Source of the DNA: Wallemia ichthyophaga EXF-994
Taxonomy: Eukaryota > Fungi > Basidiomycota
Reading direction: 5' to 3'
DNA length: 32,000 bases
Assembly: GCF_000400465.1 (NCBI RefSeq)
Contig: NW_008806275.1
Location: forward strand, 549,656 to 581,655
Part shown: piece after piece, positions 22,761-32,000 of the stretch
How positions within the stretch are numbered: the stretch's first letter is position 1
How the letters are laid out: the number at the start of each line of letters is the position of its first letter
Notes under the pieces: model-generated
What the model was told of the DNA's origin: nothing
The model's database searches: none
What the model saw: the letters and a program-made list of their open reading frames with translations, nothing else
Made by a program: the position numbers and the translations under genes

Positions 22761-23285
22761 TTAAGCCTTGTTAGCCTTCTTTGCCTTAGCCAAGTTGAGG
22801 TTTCCAACTGAGCGGCGTTGCTTCTTCAATAACATGACTTGGAATCTTTCAAAGTCTGAAGTTTGCTTTCTACGCTCAACAGCAGCCAACTTCTTTGCCC
22901 AGGAAGATGCAGCCCACTTGCCGGCGATGTCTGCTGCCTCGAAGTGCTTCTTGACAACAGTTGGGCCTGCACCACGTGGAAGGTTCTTCAATACATATGG
23001 TGTAAGGTTGACGCGACGGAAAGCGATGGCTTGACGCTTGACACCGGTCGTTGGACCTTCAACGATGGCTCTGTTGTGGTCGAGGATCTCGGCAATGACC
23101 GCGAGCTTGCCAGAGTCTGCACCTTGGTTTACGAGAACGACTGGAGTGGATGATTGTAAGCGTCTATTGAGATTTCAAATACTCCAACTAACCACGGCCA
23201 ACTTCAACGTAACGATTGAAAGTTTGTGACTGTCTCGTCAGTTGGAATTTGCAATTTACAGAGCAACACGACAACTTACGCTCAT
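22761..23285 (-). CDS. RPL14: 60S ribosomal protein eL14
   Basis: Three exons: MS, SQTFNRYVEVGRV, VLVNQGADSGKLAVIAEILDHNRAIVEGP...WAKKL...RKQTSDFERFQVM. Confidence 0.96.
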
Positions 23286-23659
23286 TCCGGTCCTGAATTA
23301 TATCGTTAGCTTTTTCTTCTCTTTTACTTGAGCTTTCCCACCTTTGAATTTACAGCGTGAAGCAGCTCAAGAAGCGAATTCAAAGTTGACCAAGAGCCTC
23401 TCGTCAAATTTTTATTCGAATCAAATCAAATTAAACACATTCCTGTACATCCTAATCACTAATCTGTCTTCCTACTTGTCCTCTCCTGCTGCCATCTCTT
23501 CGCATCTCTTGTCTTGGCTGTGCACCAACCATCTCTGCTACAAACAACACGGCTGCTTGATTGCGCCTTTCTCAATGCCAAGAGCGCATTCATCTCTCTT
23601 CATCTCTACTTCCCACTCTCATCCCCTTTCTCTCCCTTCCTTCTTACCGCCATACACTA

Positions 23660-25917
23660 ATGTCACTCGACGCGCCATGGCTCAAACAGTGTCCCGAATT
23701 CGTTGAATTGGAGATTGGCGAGAGTGTAGCCAGTCGCACCGAGACCCTCTGTGCGTCTCCCCATATCCACGCCCAACCAATCTCATCTTCATCTCAGCAA
23801 CCTTCAGAGAACTCGGTCCACCAGATCTCTGCCATATCATCAAGTCTCCCACTAGAGCTGGAACCACCAACGATGTGAGTTTTCCGCTTTCTCCCGCTCT
23901 CATTTTCCAACACGTCAATCAGTCTGGCTCTTATCATTATGTCTCTGGAATAGACGCATCCAGCTCAGCCAGCATTGCCATATACCTCAACGATCTACTA
24001 CGCAGTCTCGATATTTCCCAGGGTTGGTTCGCTCCCAACGCCGGCTGGAAAGTCAAGTCTGGTACTTATTGGTCAGTCCTCCAGTGGTTATTCTCGCCCA
24101 CCTAACAATCTCCCAGCTGCTACAATGCTTTCTCACGCGTTGACGTGCGCGTACAGGTCAAGATTCCCGGCGGTGTCGACTCATACGCCGTCGATCTACG
24201 CGGCGAGCGCCACGAGCTCAATTCCTCACTATGGCTCGAGACTTACCTCAGTGCGCACCTCCGCTCGATTCTTTACGCCGATGATCCATCGTACAAGCTG
24301 TATGGATACAGGAAGTACTCGCCCATTCCGAAACCCGAAGACGAAGAGCGGTTTATCGCCGCCTGTGCGCAGCTCTTCGATAAAGGCTGGCAGCTTGGAT
24401 CTGAGCCTGAAATCCAAGTAGCGACGCCGATTAGTAATCACCTCACCAGCGCGATCCTCAAGTATTTCGGTGATAGTGGACGTATGTCTCGTGCAGCAAA
24501 TCTCTTTGAGAAAATCGCCGATCACCAGCGTCGCACTTATGGTGAAGGTCCCGCAGCTGATGTTGATGCTCTTACCGCTCGCGCTTATATCGGGATGCAC
24601 GAGGAGACACTCGCAGTGCGCACGCTTAATCGTGCTCTCACTGTTTCGCCGCAATCTTGGCAACTCCTTCATGTCCAGATCGACTTTTTACGCTCTAAGG
24701 GTATGTTCGATTGGGCTGTGCAGCTCGCGCGCCAGGCTGTTGAATGTTCACCTTCTGAGTTTGTCACCTGGGCTAAATTGACTGACTGTCTCCTCGACAT
24801 TGAAGACTTTGAAGCTGCGCTGCTCACTCTCAACAGCTGCCCTATGTTTACATACAACGAACGCGATTTGCACAGGATGCCAACACCCATCAAGAATCAC
24901 TTTCCTATAAAGAAATGGGTTATCGAGTCTAATCTCATCGACGACGACTCGCCGAAAGAAAATGAGGCGGATATAACCCTCCTTAGATTGCCAGCACCTT
25001 CGCTCAGAGGTACTTTCGCTAGAGCTTACGAGCTCCTCACTAGACTCAACGACGCTATCGGTTGGGATGACCTCCTCAAAATCCGCTCAAAGGTGTTTGT
25101 GATGGAAGAGGAATACAGACAACACAAGACGGAGGGTTCTAATGGCACAGCTGCCGATAGCAATGTCATTAAACAGCCTGCTATACCTACCATCAAAATA
25201 TCATCGGATTCCGATCACGAGCGTGAACAATTCAAGAGGGGTGGTTTAGATTTGCACATGGAGAAGGTGGAGAAAATTGAGGAACCGGTGCATAACCACG
25301 ACAACCACGACAACCAACAAGATGGCCAAGGTGAAGGCACAAACACTAACGGAAATACCGCAGAAGAAGATACCGATGATACCTCGCGAGGCTTATCCTT
25401 CAGTGATAAGAAATTGTGCGAACGCTGGCTAGACAATCTGATGCTTGTTCTCTATGAAGATCTCCGCGTACTGACCATCTACAAGGCTGAACGCTCTCAT
25501 TTCAAATCACAACAAATGCAATACAGGAAAACAGGAACTGAGTGGGAAATTATTGGTGATTTGTGTCTCAGAATGCATAATAAGGAAGAATCAAAAGAAG
25601 CTTATCAAAAATGTCTCGATCTTAAATTCTCCGCTAGATCTTTTATGAAGTTGATGGAGATTTTTGCTGAGGAGGGTAACACACAGAAAGCTTTTACTAC
25701 TGCTACACGGTTAATAGCGTACAATGCTAGATGGTACAACGAATCTGTCTATCCAAACTTCATTAGCTCTCAACTATTCAAGATTGTCAAGTTGGAGGGT
25801 GTCCAGAAACTTGTCTTTATGACCATGTCCCTCGGAAACAACCTACCTATTCAGGCTGAATTGAGCAGGTATTGGGACTATGTTAAGAACTTCAAAGTTG
25901 AAGGTGAGGCTTTCTGA
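23660..25917 (+). CDS. BCH1: Exomer cargo adaptor, ChAPs family (Bud7/Bch1/Chs6), TPR-like
   Basis: Spliced motifs FRELGPPDLCHIIK, GSYHYVSGIDASSSAS, YCCYNAFSRVDVRVQVKIPGGVDSY, LLTLNSCPMFTYNERD, LPAPSLRGTFARAY.LL and KLCERWLDNL..VLYEDLR. Three 5' introns. Confidence 0.92.
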
Positions 25918-26205
25918 TTGTATATCCACATATTTTGACTATAAATTTATAAAAAATTCTTTATAAAATGTACAAGGTGGCTTATATTTACTGGTCGATT
26001 AATAGACTTATATATCGACATTCTGAAAGTCGAGATTATATAAACGAGCGTGTTAATATCGTGTTGTTTGTGGTGGTAGTGGTGGTTAGCTTGATTGAAA
26101 TTAAGTGTAGATCGAAATATTGATGGTGACGAAAGGTTTGTTGATTATGTTCTTTTTATTTTTTTTATACCGCGTTTTTTCATAATACTCATACTCATAC
26201 TCCTC

Positions 26206-27767
26206 TCATCTAGGCTCAACACCTTCACTTTCACACTCCCTCTTATACTCCTCAGCGAGATCAGCTTTACCGTCGTGTCCATACAATCCTAAAGCCCATT
26301 CTCTAACAAAAGTTGAAGCCTTCAAGAATTTCTTTGAAGCGTATTTTCTATAGAAAGCATCATGCTTGATATCCTTTGACTTGACATAGTCCAGCATAAC
26401 TTGAGCGCATGGACATAACTCCAAAACTGAGTAGCTTGAGTAGTGTACTAGATTTGGGGTCCATTCACCTCTATCTAAACACATTCTAGCCAAGTATGTA
26501 CCAGCAGCTGCTATTTGTGAAGGTGGAAATTGCAACAACTTCTCTTCAACGCAGCTAATCTCCATGAAATACTTTGCCAAAGTCCTAGTCTCAATGTCGT
26601 AGTCATCGGCTTTCGATACTCTTCTTAAGAAGTGGATTGGGTTTGGATATGATAAATCCCAAGACAGAATTTGCAAAACATATTGCTCAGCCTTGAGTAA
26701 TTCTGATTCTTCGTAACCGCCATCGGACATATAAACGACGTTTGAAACAGTTGGACACATGACTTCTTCATACTTTGCTGCTATCAACATGGCAGTCAAA
26801 CCGACCAATTGTAACTTGATGATTGATACTATCCTCAAAGATAAGAATCTATCAACGATATTGACAGCCAAGAATAAAGTTTCAGGTAGTAGTCTAAATT
26901 TGTGATGAATCTCGATTAACCAGTCAACCAAGACACCTCTCATTCTCCATCTTAACTCCTTTTGATTATCCATGTAGTTTGGATTGGGCATAGTGTTTTG
27001 TTCCAATACTTTCATATACTCAAAGATTTCAATGACGTACTCAGAAACCATTAAAGGATCACCTTCATCTTCTGCGTCAAGATCTTCCCAACCTTCATCT
27101 GCTGGAGGAAGGTTCGCGTTAGTTTTTGCTAACCTGCGTCTGTCCTCATCAGCTTCGAATCTTTGAGCTTCTAATAGTAGTTGCTCCCTAGGTGAAGAAG
27201 TTCTTTGACGCTTCACATCGGGCTCATCTACGTAATCCATCTCATCATCAATTTGTTTCTTCTTGATCTGAGCAGGTCTACCTATTTTCGATTTTTGTTG
27301 CAAAGAAGTGGCTGTTGGCTTTGTTACTCTACGCTTTGTAGTGTCGATCGGTACACCTTCATCGACAGGCTTAGCGGTAGAGTTCGAGGTTGATCGAGTA
27401 GTACGCTTGCCACCAGGTGGAACAATTGAGGAAGCTGATTCTTTGGATAAAGTAGTTGAAGGCTTCTTCTGGACCAACTTGTCAGACTGCTGTGGTGGAA
27501 GGGATTTGTCATTGTTTGTATGGGTACGCGTCAAGTCGCCTAAAGCATTTCTTTTACGCTTCCCATCTAGAATTGTGTTATCAGCTTTCTTTGTGATTGT
27601 TGGTTTGGTTGAAATCTGATTGGAGGATATTTTCCGGTTCAAGGTTGAAGGATTTGCAGTAGAATTCTCATCTACATTTCTTGAACGCGTAGTTCTACGT
27701 ATCTGTGTCTTCAATTAGAATTAAGAAAACGCGTATCTACTCCACTACTCACGGGTACAGTGGACAT
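26206..27767 (-). CDS. CDC13: G2/M B-type cyclin (Cdc13/Clb-like)
   Basis: Destruction-box-like RNALGDL, DPLMVSEY, the cyclin box MRGVLVDWLIEIHHKFRLLPETLFLAVNIVDRFLS and LQLVG..AMLIAAKYEE. Five-codon first exon MSTVP (27767-27753). Confidence 0.95.
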
Positions 27768-28017
27768 TTTAGGTAAGTGAGGAGATATTCAAAAACGCGA
27801 GTGGATGAAATTTGAGACTGATGAGGATAGAGTATTTATGGCGTATGGTCTATTTGCAACTAAATATCAAATTCAGAATTTACTGAATTCGACGCGATGA
27901 TGGTTAGGAAAAGCAGGTGGCTGAGGGAATAGATTGTGATGATTTTATATTTTATTTAGACTGTTACCTGGTATGAATATTTCTGTTTTTCTATTTCGCT
28001 ACGGGTAGTCTACGCGT
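27685..28017. promoter_or_regulatory. Cluster of MCB-like (ACGCGT/ACGCGA) cell-cycle elements around the cyclin B 5' end
   Basis: ACGCGT at 27685-27690, 27729-27734 and 28012-28017. ACGCGA at 27795-27800 and near 27892. Function is inferred from the known MBF motif. Confidence 0.4.
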
Positions 28018-28260
28018 GCACAGCAGCTACCCAGCCAATTCACTTCCGTGCACGGCGATATCCACATCCACGCTCCGCAAAGATTTAAAGGGTGATAATA
28101 AAACGTTAGTCAAATCTTAAATATTCATATCTAAGCTTTCATTTCTATACCAATTCTTTTACTCTCCCAAATCTCCCACTATCTACGTCAATTTCCAGAC
28201 TTAATCAAGACATATATTAATATTTCCAATTACGCTTTAAACGGTTTAAAACATCCTCGT

Positions 28261-29102
28261 CTATTGCTTGTATCGATTCTCCGTCAACTTTCTGCTTTCA
28301 TCCAACGCTGCCATCTTATCATCCTTCGTTGCGTTGTACGCGACTGTTTGTTGATTGAAGGGATTGTCAGGCGACTTTTGGAACTTCTTGTAAAGCATAT
28401 CGTTGTACTGTTGCAACCTCAATCCTGGGTTTTCACTTCTCACTATCGGCATCTCAGCTTCCTTGTAAGCCTCAAATGCTCCCTTGAATCTTCTCTCTGG
28501 ATGCTTCTCAATCTGACCTGCCTTAGCTCCCATTGTTGCTTTATCGGACTTCTGTCCGACGATAGACATCATGTCCATAGCATCATCCAACCCAGAAGCT
28601 CCGAAGCTCTCTGGTTGATCGACGCTGGCGTTGATGCCACCAGCTGACAATGCTCCTGGTCCTGCGGGCTTTGGTGGTGCTTTCTTGTTACCGCCCTTGT
28701 TCGCACCAGCTTTTGGCTTCGATGGCATAGAAGCTTCTTCTTCAGCAAGCATACGGTCCTTTTCTGCCTTTTTAGCGCTATGTGGAGTGTCAGAGGGTGG
28801 TTGTATTGCTGAAGAGCATCGCTCACGCTTGTTGAGCTTTCTTCTCGGCATCATCCTCTTTCTTTCCCTGCGATATTCCGTTAGCTTCAAATATCCCTGT
28901 ACACACTAATCTGCTTACCTTTCCCTTGGATCCTTGCGACCACTTTTGAGATTCCTTGGCTTCAGCAAGTTCGGCCTGTTGAGATTTCTTGCTCGCTTCG
29001 TTTTCTGCCTTCTTGGCACGACCACCTTCTTTCTTTGCGTTTCCGCCTTTCGGACTGCTTTTCGTTAGCTGTATGTTGCTAGATCTATCGCACTTACGCC
29101 AT
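28261..29102 (-). CDS. CCDC124/Lso2/Oxs1-family ribosome-associated protein
   Basis: Four exons: MAPKGGNAKKEGGRAKKAENEA...W.QGSKG...IEKHPERRFKGAFEAY...P.VRSENPGLRLQQY...LYK.FQKSPDNPFNQ. Confidence 0.9.
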
Positions 29103-29624
29103 GACTGTTTGATTACAAGGATTGAGATGTAAATCAACTTGCATATAAAAACCTAGCAGATATTATAAAAGATACCAGCTCCATAGCATATAGTACTTAA
29201 ATGCCTCTTTCACTTACTTTCGAGGATCTCTTGCGCTTTACGTCAGATCACATTGTTAGGCTGAGAAGCGATTGGAGGTGATAAGTGCAATAATCCTACA
29301 CACCCCCATTCAGATGCAGATATGTACCACTTTCGCATTTTACAGCTCAATTTTCACTTGGATCGCGCTAGGGTTATCTGGTATAAAATTTAGCAGGTAT
29401 GCTCTTGCTGTCCTTGTGCAACAACTGTGAGTATAATTTATACAACTTAGTTGGATTGGCAGGAGTCTTTTTAAGGATGATAAACATACACAGACCTGTA
29501 CGCAATCGTCCTAGACGTTGTCGACAACTTGTATTGCCTTTTTTTGCTGAAAAGACTTCTTGATACAAGCTCAACTAAGTTGCTTATAAATAATCAGGCT
29601 AATTATCATCTATAGTACAAGTAA

Positions 29625-32000
29625 TCATCTCTTTTGTTTATTACGCTTCTTATGTTTTCGTCGTAACTTCTTTTCCACCTTTTTGTAGTTGCAATTATGT
29701 TTCTCCATTAAATTAGACACGTATTCGTGTGCCACGTCGAACTGTTCTGTTAATTTCCACAAGTATGCTTCCCAGTCACTTTCATCTCCCTGAGGTTGGC
29801 CAGTCTGTTCCCTGTCCTGGTCATCATCGTCGTCCTCAGCTCTGTTGTCCTCAACAACGGTGTCAATCTGTACGTTCTCAACAGCGTTATCGTTGTTGAC
29901 TTCCTTCTCGTTGATTTCTTCCATCTCATTAGTGTCCTCCTCCAATCCACTACCTTCGTCCGAAATGTTATACTCAGTTTCTCGAAGTGCGGTTTCATAC
30001 TGGACAAGCTTCTGCGTGCTATGCGTGGGTGTTTGAGCTCTTTCTTCATCCACATCACTTTCTTTTTCTGCCAACTCATCCACATTACTCTCTGATTCAT
30101 TACTTACACTCTTTGGCTTCTTATTCTGTTCAAGTTTCTGGCTTAGCTGCTTTTCCAACAGCTTCTCTGCTTCCCACTGATTACGCTTTTTCTCCTCAAC
30201 GATAGACCTCCTTGTCTTAGCATCGTTTTCCACCGCGATATCTGGTCTACTCTTTCGCTTCTCATTGAATATACCTGCATCAAATGAAGAATCAGGGAAT
30301 TCGACATCAGAAGCCAAAAGGGACGACTCGTCTAATTGCACTTCACGATCTTGTTTCTGATCGTTACCTTGAGAATCTTCTTCGCTTTCGCGTCCGTTTA
30401 CTACATTGCCATTTGAATCCCTTACTAAAACACCATCTGAGTCCCATTTTTCAAAGTTAAGGACACCGAGATCTTCTAGATCGTATTCAGGCCGTTCATA
30501 TATTAGTTTAGAAAAATACTCTGGTCGAGACCTATATCTGTCCGCCCATGATTTTTCACTTGGTCGCCAAGGCGTCTGCGCGATATCGAATCAGTTTTGA
30601 ACGCTCATATACCTTTCTAGGCTTACTCTATTTGCCAATTTGCGCCAGATACCATGTTTTCTATTTGGATGATGCCTCAGCCATGTTAGTATAATATTGT
30701 CCTCAGTTTCATTGAACTTTTGAACATGACCAGGGCGTTTCGAGGCATGCATCTTCGCTCTTGACGTGTCTTCATCGACGAGACTTATCTCGTTTACATT
30801 TATTGTAGAAGTTGGTTTCCTGCTTGAGCTTGTACTTGGACTGGCAATGTTTGAGCTGCTTGATCGTGTTGATCGTTTAAAACTTTTGAATTGAGTTGCA
30901 CTATTTGGTCGATTTGTAACTTCATCTTGATAAACTCGTCGAGGTGTTTGCGACGGCTTCACCTTTATTGCACTCTTGATTCTACTTACACTGGGTTCCT
31001 CCTCAATTTCAGAGTCACTTGTTTGACCCATAAGCAGTCTGGAGCTATTCTCAAACCTCAAAGCAGGCGGTATGTCATGCTCTTTAATAATCTCTGAGCG
31101 AAGTCTGTTTGTATCGCTTGTATGATTCTGACTGCCACCCTCCAAAGAATCGTTCTTATCCTCAATGCGACTCTTGGCGCCCACGAAATCCTCAATCTCG
31201 TCCTCTTCTTTCTCATCATCACCTATACCGTCCTCTTTGTTTTCGACTTCGTCTTCATCAATGTCTTCTTCCTCTTTGTCACTTTCAAGGATATTTTTCT
31301 CGTGCGATCTCGGCTTTTGAACATAGACACGTTTTGTGGAGGTAGTCGGAAGACGTATGTGAGCCAGTTCGTAATCTCTTTCCCTCTTATTCCCGAAAAG
31401 ACTTCTAGCCCTTTCATGTTTTACTTCATTTGTAGCAGTAGGAGACCCAGAGGACTCATCACGCGCTGCCCTTTGCTTAGGATTGAGGTAAGGCTCTGAG
31501 CGTTGTCTGCGAGCCCTAATGGTATCGAACTGGTCCATATCTTCATCATTATCAATCTCCCCTTCCTCCTTTTCGCTTTCATGGCTGCGATGAAAAGTAT
31601 GCACGGGCACAGATTCAAGCCTTGTTCGCTGACCGTGTCGGGCAGGAGCTGAGCTATGTCTGTGGTTGTTGATTGCATTATCTTGATTCATTTCATCGTC
31701 ACCCTGATTCTCACTCTCATTCTCTGAAAGACTCCTAACCCTATCTTGTTCAACTTTTATACGCTTAGCGTGTTTCTCTCTGAGCTCCTTCTCGAACATC
31801 TTTTTGGCATGCTTGGCGCCTTCGTAGTAGAGAAAACTGCCCAGCTCACTTGGATCGAAAGCGTCATGCATCTGTTACTTGTCAGTGAAGTTACTGTAGC
31901 TTTCATGCGACATACACGCTTCGAAGCTTCCTTCAGAACGCTTGTGTCGGTATTGTCCATTTCAACGATGGTGCTAAGGAGCAGCCCACGTTGATCAACC
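29625..32000 (-). CDS. Large acidic low-complexity protein with one Rap1/TERF2IP-like Myb domain, 5' end outside the window
   Basis: Intron 30626-30576 (51 nt, phase 0) joins KFNETEDNIILTWLRHHPNRKHGIWRKLANR to TPWRPSEKSWADRY, which resembles the Rap1 Myb (F...DD..IL.Y...W...SW...DRY). The frame continues into ORF 29625-30341. A further 44-nt intron lies just upstream of 31871. Confidence 0.55.

Noticed and set aside
23225-23232. TGTGACTG (HomolD ribosomal-protein promoter box) in RPL14
   Set aside because: It straddles the intron 1 acceptor and exon 2 (CAG|TCACA), so splice-site and codon constraints explain it. It is not in the promoter.
23575-23706. Out-of-frame upstream ATG whose ORF overlaps the ChAP start codon
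   Set aside because: It sits in a CT-rich core-promoter-like tract and the transcription start is unknown, so it may not be on the mRNA.
29368-29376. CTAGGGTTA telomere-like string just downstream of the Rap1-like gene
   Set aside because: It is a single imperfect unit, not an array, and is expected by chance.

Overview
This is eukaryotic DNA from a very compact, intron-containing fungal genome. The proteins are basidiomycete-type, introns are about 43-57 nt and intergenic gaps are often under 200 nt. That pattern fits Wallemia, but the genus is my inference. By splicing exons by hand I can support 23 protein-coding genes in 32 kb: DCP1 (partial), COX19, aminopeptidase P, an atypical GATA factor, VPS74, a degenerate VPS29, a CTR copper transporter, a FLX1-like carrier, TFB3, a 5-exon orphan, SEC65, a Derlin, an eIF4E paralog, a bZIP, a BLCAP/Bc10 protein, an Ebp1/AFF4-like protein, HMG-CoA reductase, ATX1, RPL14, an exomer ChAP, cyclin B, CCDC124/Lso2 and a Rap1-like Myb protein (partial). 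ATX1 is entirely absent from the ORF track. Bc10 and the orphan appear there only as fragments. I found no mobile elements, RNA genes or CRISPR arrays. It is mostly core housekeeping sequence with no clear novel multi-gene system. The strongest leads are: a VPS29 missing nearly all metal-site residues and the Vps35-contact loop, a GATA finger with a 19-residue loop joined to an unnamed Cys/His domain, an 18-nt head-to-head DCP1/COX19 junction, and a micro-exon ATX1.
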